From an uncultured delta proteobacterium (lineage in GTDB: Bacteria; Myxococcota_A; Polyangia; Polyangiales; Polyangiaceae), in assembly GCA_963850305.1 (NCBI GenBank), contig CAWKKR010000008.1:1184001-1248000 (forward strand): a DNA stretch of 64,000 nt, read 5' to 3'. Below are positions 18,644-28,136 of this stretch, piece by piece. Both the position numbers and the translations under genes were made by a program. The first letter of the stretch is position 1, and the number at the start of each line of letters is the position of its first letter. The notes beneath the pieces were generated by a model. The model searched no databases and had not been told where the DNA came from. It saw only the letters and a program-made list of their open reading frames with translations.

Positions 18644-19352
18644 GCCGGTACGTGTCGATGAGCGCGTCCCGAAACCGGCCCGTGCCCCCCTCCGGACGCG
18701 ATAGGTAGCCGTGCTTCAAGTAGCCGAGCACCATCAGCAAGACCAGCGTCGTCGCTTCTTCGGGCAGCATTCGTGTGAAGAGCCTGCGCAGACGTTCGCC
18801 CTTGAGATGCTCCGCCGACCACACGCCGATCGGCTTGCCGAAGTGCGCGATGGTGCCCAGGTCGTTGCGCAAGTTCCAGAGGCCCGCGAGCTGGTCGCGT
18901 ATCGTGGACAGCTCGATGGGTTTCTCGATTGGTGGTGCCACGTTCACCACGCGGTCGGCGCCGTCCAGAAGCCGCTTTATCTCGTCCGCATCCTCGGGGG
19001 CGAGCTCGAGAAGCGAGCGAGCCGTCGAGTCGAGATCGCGCGAGATCACGACCTCGAGGCCGTCGCGCGCGTCGCGATACGTCAAGAACCGCTCGATGAT
19101 CCTGAGAGGCACACGCGGAACGATGCCGAGCTCCTCGTAGATCCGCTGAAACGCGCCTCCCGTGAGCCAGTGAATGCAGCCGTCGATGGTGTACGGCCCG
19201 CGGCTCCACGCAGTGCAAACACCGCCGAGCGCAATGTTGTGCTCGACGATGGTCGTCCGAAAGCCGTTTACGCGCGCAAAGCAACCGGCGGAGGGCCCTG
19301 CGAGACCGCCGCCGACGATGACAACGTGCTTGTCCTTCACGAGCGTACCCAA
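18644..19352 (-). pseudogene. Phytoene-desaturase-like FAD oxidoreductase, C-terminal half missing
   Basis: IVGGGLAG dinucleotide fold, GGVCTAWSRGPYTIDGCIHWL and PEGGTGRF, then an abrupt switch into the HemG remnant. Confidence 0.78.
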
Positions 19353-19394
19353 GCGGCCGATAACGGCTGCCAGGAGCTTGCCACGGCATCGTGC

Positions 19395-19410
19395 CGCAAG
19401 ATGCGCGCCT
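19395..19410 (-). promoter_or_regulatory. Putative sigma54 promoter
   Basis: Minus strand AGGCGCGCATCTTGCG (GG-N10-GC, TTGC), about 45 bp upstream of the oxidoreductase gene. Confidence 0.55.
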
Positions 19411-19561
19411 GCATGCCGTTCGTGTTTGCTGCGGCATGGGGCAGCGACGCAGCGTGCATCGAGCAGTCCTGCGCAGCCACATCAGGACTCCCCGGTGTCA
19501 CGAAGGACGCGAAGACAAATCGCGGGTACGCGGGCGTCGCTGACTTCCGCGCGCGGCCGAC

Positions 19562-19985
19562 TCACCCCACGGTGTCTCTCATGGCGACCAGGAACGCCCT
19601 CAGAATCCGCCGGGCCTCTCGACGCGGCGTCGTGCACGCGGGCGAGGTTCACGGTTTCGTAGGCGTGGGCGATGACGTTGCGGAAGCCTGCTGCACGCAC
19701 GAGGCGCGACGCGAGCGCGGGCTCGAGGTGTCCGGCAGCGGCGAGCCGGCGAAAGGCTTCGCCGTAATTTGCCGGCGCGCCGAGCTTCAGTTTCACGCAC
19801 GCGGACATCGCGAGATCGAGAGCTATCTGTGTCGCTTGCCAGAGATGAAGGATGACGGCGTCCGACTCGTCCGTGCCCGGCCTGAGGTCCTCCGGGTTTG
19901 CGGGAAGCCGCGCCGCGACACGAGCCAGATGCCGCTCGACGGTCGCGACTTTTTCGCCCAGCACTTCGACGTCGAAGAGGCTCAT
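19562..19985 (-). CDS. HepT-like HEPN RNase toxin (DUF86); apparent 1-nt insertion near 19605
   Basis: GFRNVIAHAY gives the RX4HXY motif. Removing one base at GAATC 19603-19607 restores GPADLRAFLVAMRDTVG-stop. Confidence 0.85.
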
Positions 19986-20381
19986 CGAATCGAGCTCCGA
20001 GAGAACGTCGCCATACGACTTCTGAACGAGGTCCCCGACGTCGCACCAGAACGACGCCGCTTCGACGGCGAAGCGCTCGAAGAGCCCGGGCGAGCGCTCG
20101 TGGAGCAGAATGCCGTCGCGGGCGACGCGATACCGGAGGACGGCGGACGCGCGCGAGAGATCTGCCGCGTCGACGCGGTCAGAGCCGAACACGTCCGTGA
20201 GGTCCGCGATCAGACCGCCGAGGTCGAGCCCGTCCGCGGCCAGATAAGCGACGTCCCAGTCGGATTGCGGCGACGCTTCGCCGCGCGCGCGAGAGCCATG
20301 AAGCGCCAGGAAGTCGAGCGCGCCGTGACGTGCCGCAATGCGCGCTGCTTTGCGCAGAATGAACTCGTCAGGAACGGGCAT
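19982..20381 (-). CDS. MntA-like minimal nucleotidyltransferase antitoxin
   Basis: LHGSRARGEASPQSDWDVA gives GSX10DXD. The ATGA overlap with the toxin is restored if one base is removed at GAATC 19987-19991. Confidence 0.85.
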
Positions 20382-20431
20382 CTGGGGCAAAAGTAGCAGG
20401 TTTGCGGCTAGCACGATGCGAGTCGTTCAGT

Positions 20432-20889
20432 CGACCGCTCCCCCGCCGCCTTCGGCGCGCTCGTGATCGCAAGGGGGTCTTGACCCCCGCGGCTCGCTCC
20501 GCGACCGCTCCCCCGCCGCCTTCGGCGCGCTCGTAATTGCAAGGGGGTCTTGACCCCCGCGGCTCGCTCCGCGACCGCTCCCCCGCCGCCTTCGGCGCGC
20601 TCGTGATCGCAAGGGGGTCTTGACCCCCGCGGCTCGCTCCGCGACCGCTCCCCCGCCGCCTTCGGCGCGCTCGTGATAGCAAGGGGGTCTTGACCCCCGC
20701 GGCTCGCTCCGCGACCGCTCCCCCGCCGCCTTCGGCGCGCTCGTGATCGCAAGGGGGTCTTGACCCCCGCGGCTCGCTCCGCGACCGCTCCCCCGCCGCC
20801 TTCGGCGCGCTCGTGATCGCAAGGGGGTCTTGACCCCCGCGGCTCGCTCCGCGACCGCTCCCCCGCCGCCTTCGGCGGGCTCGCTCCGC
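20432..20889. repeat. 70-bp tandem array, 6 full units plus an internally deleted seventh
   Basis: Units start at 20432, 20502, 20572, 20642, 20712, 20782 and 20852. Each has CGCC-TTC-GGCG and GGGGTC-TT-GACCCC hairpins. Only GTGATCGC/GTAATTGC/GTGATAGC varies. Confidence 0.97.
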
Positions 20890-20946
20890 TCGCGTAGTTC
20901 CGCACCTCTTTGATCCCTTGGAGACGACGCGCGCGTCGATGCGGAA

Positions 20947-21564
20947 CTACTGATCCTCGTAGTCGCTCTCATCGAACACGAGGGATTCGCGACCCTCCGC
21001 CTTCAGCCGTTCGCGCAGGGCTTCGTACACGACGTCGATGACCTCGACGCGCGTCGAAAGAAGGTAATATTCATCCTCGGAGACGGCGGGGATGCGCGCA
21101 AGTCTTTCGGCCGCTAGCCGTTCGTCATCGGGAGCGAGCCGCAGTTCCGCGGACGGGCCGCTCCGCTCGGAGGTCTTCGCGAGCGACTCGAGCACGACGC
21201 CGAGCGGGCTCAGCGACAAGAGAGCGCGGCGCGCGCAGAGTTCCCAGGGGTCATCGGGGTCGTCCGGCCGGCGACGCCAGAAGCCGTCGATGCGACGCCG
21301 GACGACTTCTCCGAGATAGGCCGCGACCGCGCTTGCCACGATCGGCTCGAGCTCCGGTCGGTCCACGACGCCGGACGACGCGATCCGGAGGTACTCGTCC
21401 AGAACGGGTAGCGTCTCCGCGTCATAATCGAGCTCGACTCCCACGGCGGACAGCGCAAACTGTCGGCAATTTTCCGAGAGCTCCAGAATCTCCCCCGGGA
21501 TTTCGCCCAGAACGGGCTCATCAGAACCGTCGTCTTCCTCGCCAGCGCCGTTCGCGTCGAGCAC
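20947..21564 (-). CDS. Hypothetical acidic protein
   Basis: Clean 205-aa ORF with a GC3 bias. GVELDYDAETLPVLDEYL and AYLGEVVRR resemble DUF3806-like helical proteins. Confidence 0.7.
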   Translation of the reverse strand: MLDANGAGEEDDGSDEPVLGEIPGEILELSENCRQFALSAVGVELDYDAETLPVLDEYLRIASSGVVDRPELEPIVASAVAAYLGEVVRRRIDGFWRRRPDDPDDPWELCARRALLSLSPLGVVLESLAKTSERSGPSAELRLAPDDERLAAERLARIPAVSEDEYYLLSTRVEVIDVVYEALRERLKAEGRESLVFDESDYEDQ

Positions 21565-21751
21565 CGAGGGGTTCTACCCGAAGCACCGTGGTCTCGCACC
21601 TCCCCGAGGAGTCGCGCCCGCCGAGGGGCCACCTCGACGGCCGGAGCCCCAGGGGCCAAGCTAGGGCCAAGCTAGGGCCAGACTAGGGAATCTGGCGGGG
21701 TAGACGCGGCCCATTGTTCGGCAATGTTCCGTGGTAGGCTCGAAAGCTCTC

Positions 21752-22489
21752 ATGCGTCTCGGGATTTTGAGCGACATCCACGCCAACTACGAGGCGCTAT
21801 CCGCCACGCTCGAAGCGTACGCGCACGAGGACATCGCAGAATACTACTGCCTCGGGGATACCGTCGGCTATGGGGGCTCGCCGAACGAGTGCGCGGAAGT
21901 CATTCGCGAGATCTCGAAGGCAACCATCCTCGGCAATCACGACGCCGCGGTCGCGGGTCGAATGGACTACTCGTACTATTACGAGGCGGCGCGGCATGCT
22001 CTCGACACTCACGCCGCGATGATCTCGACGGCGAGCATGGAGTGGCTACGGCTGCTTCCATACCAGCTCAGGCTCGACAAATACGAGGTACAGCTCTGCC
22101 ACGGGTCGCCGGTACGGCTCGAAGAGTTCGAATACATCTTCGCGCCGGAGCAAGCGCGCGAGTGCCTGCCCATCTTCGATGAGCTCGGGCACATCACGCT
22201 CATCGGACATTCCCATCTGTGCAAGGTGTTCGCGCTCACCCGGAACACGGTGGAAGAGCTGCCGCCGGTGGATTTCGCTCTCGAGCCCGACAAGAAATAC
22301 ATCGTCAGCGTCGGCTCGGTGGGCCAGCCTCGCGACTACGACAACCGCGCGAGCTACACGGTTTACGACACGAAGAAGAAGGAATTCGAGTTCAAGCGCG
22401 TCGAGTACGACATCGAAACGGCGGCGGACAAGGTTCTTCGCGCGAAGCTCGAGCGCAACTTCGCCCATCGGCTGTTCATAGGAGTCTGA
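21752..22489 (+). CDS. Metallophosphoesterase (calcineurin-like)
   Basis: SDIHAN, CLGDTVGYG, GNHD, HGSP, GHSH and GSVGQPRD. Confidence 0.93.
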   Translation: MRLGILSDIHANYEALSATLEAYAHEDIAEYYCLGDTVGYGGSPNECAEVIREISKATILGNHDAAVAGRMDYSYYYEAARHALDTHAAMISTASMEWLRLLPYQLRLDKYEVQLCHGSPVRLEEFEYIFAPEQARECLPIFDELGHITLIGHSHLCKVFALTRNTVEELPPVDFALEPDKKYIVSVGSVGQPRDYDNRASYTVYDTKKKEFEFKRVEYDIETAADKVLRAKLERNFAHRLFIGV

Positions 22490-22496
22490 GCGGCCT

Positions 22497-24041
22497 TCAG
22501 ACCGCGACGGACCAGGTCGTGCCGCCCGGCCCGTCATGGAGACTGACGCCCATCGTCTCCAGCTCCGCGCGGAGCACGTCCGATCGCGCGAAGTCCTTGG
22601 TACGCCGCGCCTCCACCCGAGCGTCCACGCGTGCCTGGACGTCCGCTGCAGTGAGTCCGCGCACGGCGAGGCGCCGCTCCGAAGTGCGCGCTCGGTACTC
22701 CACCGCACCCGTCGTCAGAAGGCCGAGCTGCTCCGCCACGTGACTCATCGCAAGGTCTAGGGCCCGGCCCACCACGGCGGACGCACCCTGGAACGATGGA
22801 TCCTGTTTGCGCCGGAGCGCCAGGTCCGACACTTCATTGGCGAGCTTGGCGATCTCACCGAGCTCCGCCAGCGCGACGGACGTATTGAGGTCGTCGGCGA
22901 GGGCCTCGTCCGCCTTTTCCCGGGCGCGATCCCCGGCGTCCCGCGCCTGGACGAGCTCCCTGGGGAGCTTCGCGGGGACGGTCACTCCGGCGTCGCCGAG
23001 ACCGCGTAGTCGCTCGCGCGTCGTGTAAAGGTAATCAAGCCTTCGCTCGGCTTCATCCACGCCGGGAAAAATGACTCTGCCCGACGGCAGCGTCTCGGTG
23101 TCGAACTGGATCGGCCCTCGGTAATGCACTCCGAGGAGAAAGAGCCTGAGCGCCCCGGGATCGTTCCTGGCAAACACGTCCCGCGCGGTGACGAAATTGC
23201 CCAACGATTTGCTCATTTTTTCTTTGTCGACATTCACGAAGCCGTTGTGCACCCAGCATTGCGCGAACACGCCGGCGTGCGGATTCGCGGACTCGCCCTG
23301 AGCGACCTCGTTTTCGTGGTGCGGGAAGATGAGATCCATGCCGCCACCGTGGATCTCGAAGCCGTGCCCCAGGTACTCGAGGCTCATTGCGACGCATTCC
23401 GTATGCCACCCGGGCCGTCCGAAACCCCAGGGGCTCTCCCAACCCCACTCGCCCCGCAGCGCGCCCTTCCAGAGCGCGAAGTCGAGCGGGTCTCGCTTGT
23501 TCTTCTCGTCCGCCTCGACCCTGGCACCGGCGACCAGCTCGTCGAGCTTGCGACGCGAGAGCTTGCCGTAGCCGGTCGATCGCCGGACGGAGAAGTAGAC
23601 GTCGCGAGTGCCCTCGGGCATGTCGACGACATACGCCGCGTCGCGACGAACCAGCTCTTCCACGAGCCGCACGATTTGCGGGATGTGGCCGGAGACCGTG
23701 GGTTCATGATCGGGCGCGAGACACCCGACCGCGGCCATGTCCTCGCGATAGATATCCGCCATCCGACGAGAAAGATCGAGCGGCGACTCGCCGTTCTCGC
23801 GGGCGCGGTTCAGAATCTTGTCATCGACGTCCGTGATGTTCCGGACCTGTGTCACCTCGAGGCCGCGGGATCGCAGCGTTCGTGTCAGCACATCGAAGAC
23901 GACTGCACTCCGGACGTGTCCCACGTGAGGCACGTCGTAAACGGTCGGCCCGCAATAGTAGAGGCGAACCTTTCCCGGAACCCGAGGCGTGACCGGCTCG
24001 ACTTTTCGAGTCAGCGTGTTGTAAAGAAGCATCGGCGGCAT
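22497..24041 (-). CDS. cysS: Cysteine--tRNA ligase
   Basis: CGPTVY, HVGH, NITDVDDKI, DFALWK, GRPGWHTEC, HGGGMDLIFPHHENE and KMSKS. Confidence 0.97.
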   Translation of the reverse strand: MPPMLLYNTLTRKVEPVTPRVPGKVRLYYCGPTVYDVPHVGHVRSAVVFDVLTRTLRSRGLEVTQVRNITDVDDKILNRARENGESPLDLSRRMADIYREDMAAVGCLAPDHEPTVSGHIPQIVRLVEELVRRDAAYVVDMPEGTRDVYFSVRRSTGYGKLSRRKLDELVAGARVEADEKNKRDPLDFALWKGALRGEWGWESPWGFGRPGWHTECVAMSLEYLGHGFEIHGGGMDLIFPHHENEVAQGESANPHAGVFAQCWVHNGFVNVDKEKMSKSLGNFVTARDVFARNDPGALRLFLLGVHYRGPIQFDTETLPSGRVIFPGVDEAERRLDYLYTTRERLRGLGDAGVTVPAKLPRELVQARDAGDRAREKADEALADDLNTSVALAELGEIAKLANEVSDLALRRKQDPSFQGASAVVGRALDLAMSHVAEQLGLLTTGAVEYRARTSERRLAVRGLTAADVQARVDARVEARRTKDFARSDVLRAELETMGVSLHDGPGGTTWSVAV

Positions 24042-24076
24042 CTTATCCTCAGGAGCGGTCCCATCTGGAGGCGTCG

Positions 24077-24805
24077 TCAGTAAGGGTAACCTCCACGCGG
24101 CGGCGGTCGCCAACCTTCCCACTTCCTTGCCCGAATGCGCTTACGATCGTACGTCAACGGCTTGATCGCGATGAGCCCGGCGATGAACCCGCCGATGTGT
24201 GCGAAGACCGCGACGCCGCCCTCTGCGACCTGATCGGTTGCCTGTATGTGGAGGGTCTGGACCCCCGTAAGGAGGTTCAGGACGAAGAACTCCCCTGCGA
24301 CGAACCAGGCTGGAACGACCAGCGTCAGTCCGAACAGCAGCCATAGAAGCGGAATGGGGTTCAAGATCAGGATGGGCGAGCGCGGGTAGAGCACCATGTA
24401 AGCGCCAGTGACGGCCGCGATGGCGCCAGAGGCGCCGACCATCGGGATCGGGCTTCCCAGCGTCGTCAGGACCTGCACGATCGCGGCGATGACGCCACCG
24501 CCCAGATAGAAGAGCAAATAGCGAAGGTGTCCGAGCGCGTCCTCTACGTTGCCGCCGAAGATCCACAGGAACCACATGTTCCCGGCGAGGTGCACGAGGT
24601 TCGCGTGCATGAACATGCTCGTGAATATCGTGAACGCCTCCCCTGCCGGATCGAGCGCGAGGCGCGTGGAAACGAGGCCGTAGCCGGGCTCGTACCACGG
24701 CGGCTGACTCTGGAACCACGAGAAGGCTGCGACGTTCGTCCCGATGAGAAGATAGTTGACGACGGCCGTCGTCCTGACCGGGTTCATGTCCCGCAGCGGA
24801 AACAC
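24077..24805 (-). CDS. Rhomboid family intramembrane serine protease
   Basis: SMFMH...HLAGNM, GASGAIA and AHIGGF. Confidence 0.93.
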   Translation of the reverse strand: MFPLRDMNPVRTTAVVNYLLIGTNVAAFSWFQSQPPWYEPGYGLVSTRLALDPAGEAFTIFTSMFMHANLVHLAGNMWFLWIFGGNVEDALGHLRYLLFYLGGGVIAAIVQVLTTLGSPIPMVGASGAIAAVTGAYMVLYPRSPILILNPIPLLWLLFGLTLVVPAWFVAGEFFVLNLLTGVQTLHIQATDQVAEGGVAVFAHIGGFIAGLIAIKPLTYDRKRIRARKWEGWRPPPRGGYPY

Positions 24806-24992
24806 GAAGCTACCCTACACCGGAGATCGCCCGGGTCGACCCCGCGTTTGTTCCGCCCACCGGGGGAGGTCGGGGCGAAATGCTCGCTCCAGCCACCCCG
24901 ATCTTCGGTGCTGGTTGCCTCCGCGATCGACCTGAAGCTGAGCTTGGCCTAAAGCATCGGCGAATCCGGGGCCCGTGATAACGTCCGCCTGC

Positions 24993-25508
24993 ATGCTGGC
25001 GCCGCTCTTCCGCGCTTCGTTTCCGTTGGTCTTCGCGGCCGCGACAGTCCTCGGATGCGGCGGGCCGGCTCTGGACGGCAGCGTATATCGCCAGGGCGCT
25101 CTCTCTTTTCGAGTCGGTCGGATTCCGTCGAGCTGGCGGCCGATCGAGGCCGATGGCGCGCTGCTGGCGTTTCGAGACAGCAGCGCGGAGGCGAGCATCG
25201 CGGTCAACGGGCGCTGCGGGAAGGACGGCGATGACGTGCCGCTCGAAGCTCTCACGCACCACCTGTTCCTCGAGTTCACCGATCGCAAGCTCGACGAGCA
25301 ATCCCTGATCCAGCTGGACGGTCGCGACGCGCTCCACACGGAGCTTCGGGCGAAGCTCGACGGGGTGGAGCGACGGTTTTCCGTCTTCGTCTTGAAGAAG
25401 AACGGGTGCGTGTACGACTTCATGTACGTTGCACCCCCCGATGCTCCCGCGGAAGGGCAGAGGCGCTTCGTCGCATTCGTCGAAGGCTTCTCAACGATAA
25501 AGCCGTGA
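24993..25508 (+). CDS. Hypothetical lipoprotein
   Basis: Lipobox-like VLGC. Translationally coupled to the next gene. Confidence 0.7.
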   Translation: MLAPLFRASFPLVFAAATVLGCGGPALDGSVYRQGALSFRVGRIPSSWRPIEADGALLAFRDSSAEASIAVNGRCGKDGDDVPLEALTHHLFLEFTDRKLDEQSLIQLDGRDALHTELRAKLDGVERRFSVFVLKKNGCVYDFMYVAPPDAPAEGQRRFVAFVEGFSTIKP

Positions 25509-26344
25509 CCGACCGATTGCGAACCAGCAGGACGAGCTTCGTACCACCGGTCGTGCGTCGGCGTTCCTTTTCGGAGCAGCTTGGGCAGCGACTCGCCAAC
25601 CTGCTCGAACACGTCGGTCAGATCAGCGAAATGGCGTACGGAACGGGCCGAGCAGCGCTCCGCCGTCCGTTCGAGGGGCGCGAGATCGTGCGCCAGGTGG
25701 AGTCACTCGGTGTGGCATCGATCGGCATCGTTGCGGTCACGAGCCTCTTCATCGGCATGGTGATGGCCGTACAGTTCGCGTTTGGCCTCCGGAAATTCGG
25801 CGGCATGGAATACACAGGCCGCGTGGTCGCGCTGTCTTTCGCGCGCGAGCTCGCGCCGACCTTCACCGCCGTGATCGTCGGCGGTCGAATCGGCGCGGGT
25901 ATGGCCGCGGAGCTTGGATCCATGGCGGTGACGGAGCAACTCGACGCGGTGCGTGCGCTCGGTGCCGATCCGCTGAAAAAGCTCGTCTTGCCGCGCCTCG
26001 TCGCATCCATCATCGTGATGCCGATCCTCGCGACATTCGCCCTGGTGCTGGGTTTCTCCGGCGCCATGTTCATCACCGACAATCAATTCAACATTCCTTC
26101 GGGCTTCTTCTTGAGAAGCGCCCTCGGAACGGTGACGATGCAAGACTTCTTGAGCGGGCTCTTCAAGACGCCGTTCTTCGGTGCGATCATCGCACTGGTC
26201 GGATGTCATTTCGGCATGACGACGCGAGGGGGTACCGCTGGAGTCGGCACGAGCACGACGCGCACCGTCGTCGTGATTTCGATCACGATTCTCATCGCGG
26301 ACTTCTGGCTGACCCGCGTTGCCATCCTCGCTTGGCCCACGTAG
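25505..26344 (+). CDS. mlaE: MlaE-family ABC transporter permease
   Basis: RELAP, GRIGAGMAAELGSMAVTEQLDA and GGTAGVG. Confidence 0.9.
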   Translation: MTDRLRTSRTSFVPPVVRRRSFSEQLGQRLANLLEHVGQISEMAYGTGRAALRRPFEGREIVRQVESLGVASIGIVAVTSLFIGMVMAVQFAFGLRKFGGMEYTGRVVALSFARELAPTFTAVIVGGRIGAGMAAELGSMAVTEQLDAVRALGADPLKKLVLPRLVASIIVMPILATFALVLGFSGAMFITDNQFNIPSGFFLRSALGTVTMQDFLSGLFKTPFFGAIIALVGCHFGMTTRGGTAGVGTSTTRTVVVISITILIADFWLTRVAILAWPT

Positions 26345-26426
26345 GCGGTTCGTGTGTGAGTCTCGGGCTTTTCGTGCCTGTTGCCGAATCGGGAACTGTC
26401 ATCTAGAGTTTTTCGACCGGTTCGAG

Positions 26427-26861
26427 ATGACCCAGCGCATTTTCACCGTAGAAGAGGTCGACGCGCTCATTCCGGAGCTCGCGCACCGCGTGAGTCTCCA
26501 GCTCGCGCTTGGCGCGGAGATCGAGGGGCTCGTCCGGCGGCTTGCGCGCGAAACGGGTGAGCCCGTTGCTTCACTCGATTCCGATCCGGGCGAGCTTCCA
26601 GCTCGTCGAGTCTTGCGCGGGAAGATCCGCGACCGCGTCGTCCGCTACGAACAGGGATGGCGCGACATCCAGGGGCTCGGCGCCATCGTCAAGGATACGA
26701 GCATGGGGCTCCTGGACTTTTACGGACGTCTCGAAGGACGTCTCGTCTGGCTGTGCTGGCGATTCGGGGAAGACAGGCTCGGGTATTATCACGAGCTCGA
26801 CACCGGGTTTTCGGGACGACGCCCGCTCGGAGCCGACGCGCGCGCGCGCGTCCTCAACTGA
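26427..26861 (+). CDS. DUF2203 family protein
   Basis: FTVEEVDALIP, VKD...GLLDF, LCWRFGE and GFSGRRP. Confidence 0.85.
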   Translation: MTQRIFTVEEVDALIPELAHRVSLQLALGAEIEGLVRRLARETGEPVASLDSDPGELPARRVLRGKIRDRVVRYEQGWRDIQGLGAIVKDTSMGLLDFYGRLEGRLVWLCWRFGEDRLGYYHELDTGFSGRRPLGADARARVLN

Positions 26862-27421
26862 TGGCCGTCGATCGGAACGCCGCGGAGCTGGCGATCCGCT
26901 CGTTCCTGACGGCTCTCGGTCGCGACCCGGAACGGAATCCGGAGCTCTCGCGAACGCCCGGTCTCGTAGTCGAGGCGTTCGCGACGGAGCTCTTGTCGGG
27001 ATACGACGTGGACGTCGGCGCGCTACTTTGCTCGGAGTCGTCGATGCTCGGCTTGGGGGCGCGCCGGGGCGCGGTCATTCTTCGCGGCGTCAGTGTTGCG
27101 ACGGTCTGCCCACACCACTTGCTCCCGGCATCCGGCCTGGCGACCGTGGCCTACGTCCCCGGCGATCGGCTCATCGGTATCGGAACGCTGGCGCGCCTCG
27201 TGGATGCCTTCGCGCGACGCCTGACGCTGCAGGAGGCAATAGGAAACGACGTGGTGACGGCGCTGATGCAGCACGGCGGGGCGCGCGGCGCGTATTGCCG
27301 CATCGAGCTGTCGCACGCGTGCCTGGGTGCACGCGGCGCACGCCAACCCGCGGCAACCCTGATCACGATTGCCCGTGACGGCGAGCGCGTTCCCGACGTG
27401 AACCAGGAGGATCAGGGTTGA
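26861..27421 (+). CDS. folE: GTP cyclohydrolase I (divergent)
   Basis: TP motif, CPHHLLP, VAYVP, ARRLTLQE and HACL.ARG. Confidence 0.8.
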   Translation: MAVDRNAAELAIRSFLTALGRDPERNPELSRTPGLVVEAFATELLSGYDVDVGALLCSESSMLGLGARRGAVILRGVSVATVCPHHLLPASGLATVAYVPGDRLIGIGTLARLVDAFARRLTLQEAIGNDVVTALMQHGGARGAYCRIELSHACLGARGARQPAATLITIARDGERVPDVNQEDQG

Positions 27422-28099
27422 CCGCGGTCGTCACCGGCGGCAGCCGGGGCATCGGTCGCGCGACGGCGCTGGCGCTGGCGAAGCGTGGGGTACCTCTCGC
27501 ACTGCTCGGTCGACCGTCGACGGAGCTCCGGGAAACCGTGCACCTCTCACGAGACAACGGCGTGCGCGTCGAGGCGTTCGACTGCGATCTCGCGGACCCG
27601 GGACAAATCGCGGCGGCATGCGGCCGCGTTCTCTCGGAATTCGGCGCGCCGTCCGTCGTGGTGAACAACGCGGCGGTGATTCGACGGGCCCGCGTCGAGC
27701 AGCTGTCATGCAAGGAGTGGGACGAGCAGCTCGATGTGAACCTCCGCGCCCCCTTCCTCGTGTCGCGTGCCTTTTTGCCGGCAATGCGAGGCGCGCGGAC
27801 CGGTCGGCTGCTCCAGAATCGCGAGCATTTCAGCAACGTTGGGGACGGCCTCCGCAGCGGCGTACTGTGCCTCGAAGTGGGGCCTCGTGGGCTTCATGAA
27901 GAGCCTCGCACTGGAGCTCACTGACAGCGGCGTCATGACGATGGCCATTTTGCCCGGTTCCGTCGACACGGCCATGTTGAAGGGGAGTGGTTTCGTTCCC
28001 CGAATGACCGCGGACCATGTCGCCCAGACGGTCGCGTATTATGCACTCGATGCCCCGCTCGCCCACAACGGCGGCGTGGTGGAGATGTTCGGAACATGA
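27418..28099 (+). CDS. SDR family oxidoreductase (1-nt frameshift near 27817)
   Basis: TGGSRGIG and NNAA in frame 1; YCASK and ILPGSVDT in the next frame. Confidence 0.88.
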
Positions 28100-28136
28100 C
28101 GAGACGGCGGGCACGACCCGAGGTTCCGGCGGCGGA

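Noticed and set aside
19482..20414. Natural MNT-HEPN fusion protein (310-aa ORF)
   Set aside because: Removing one base at GAATC 19987-19991 restores the usual ATGA stop/start overlap, and the same error type recurs elsewhere.
20432..20889. Possible CRISPR array or protein-coding repeat ORFs
   Set aside because: The units are near-identical with no spacers. The 70-bp period is not a multiple of 3, so the ORFs simply cycle through all frames.
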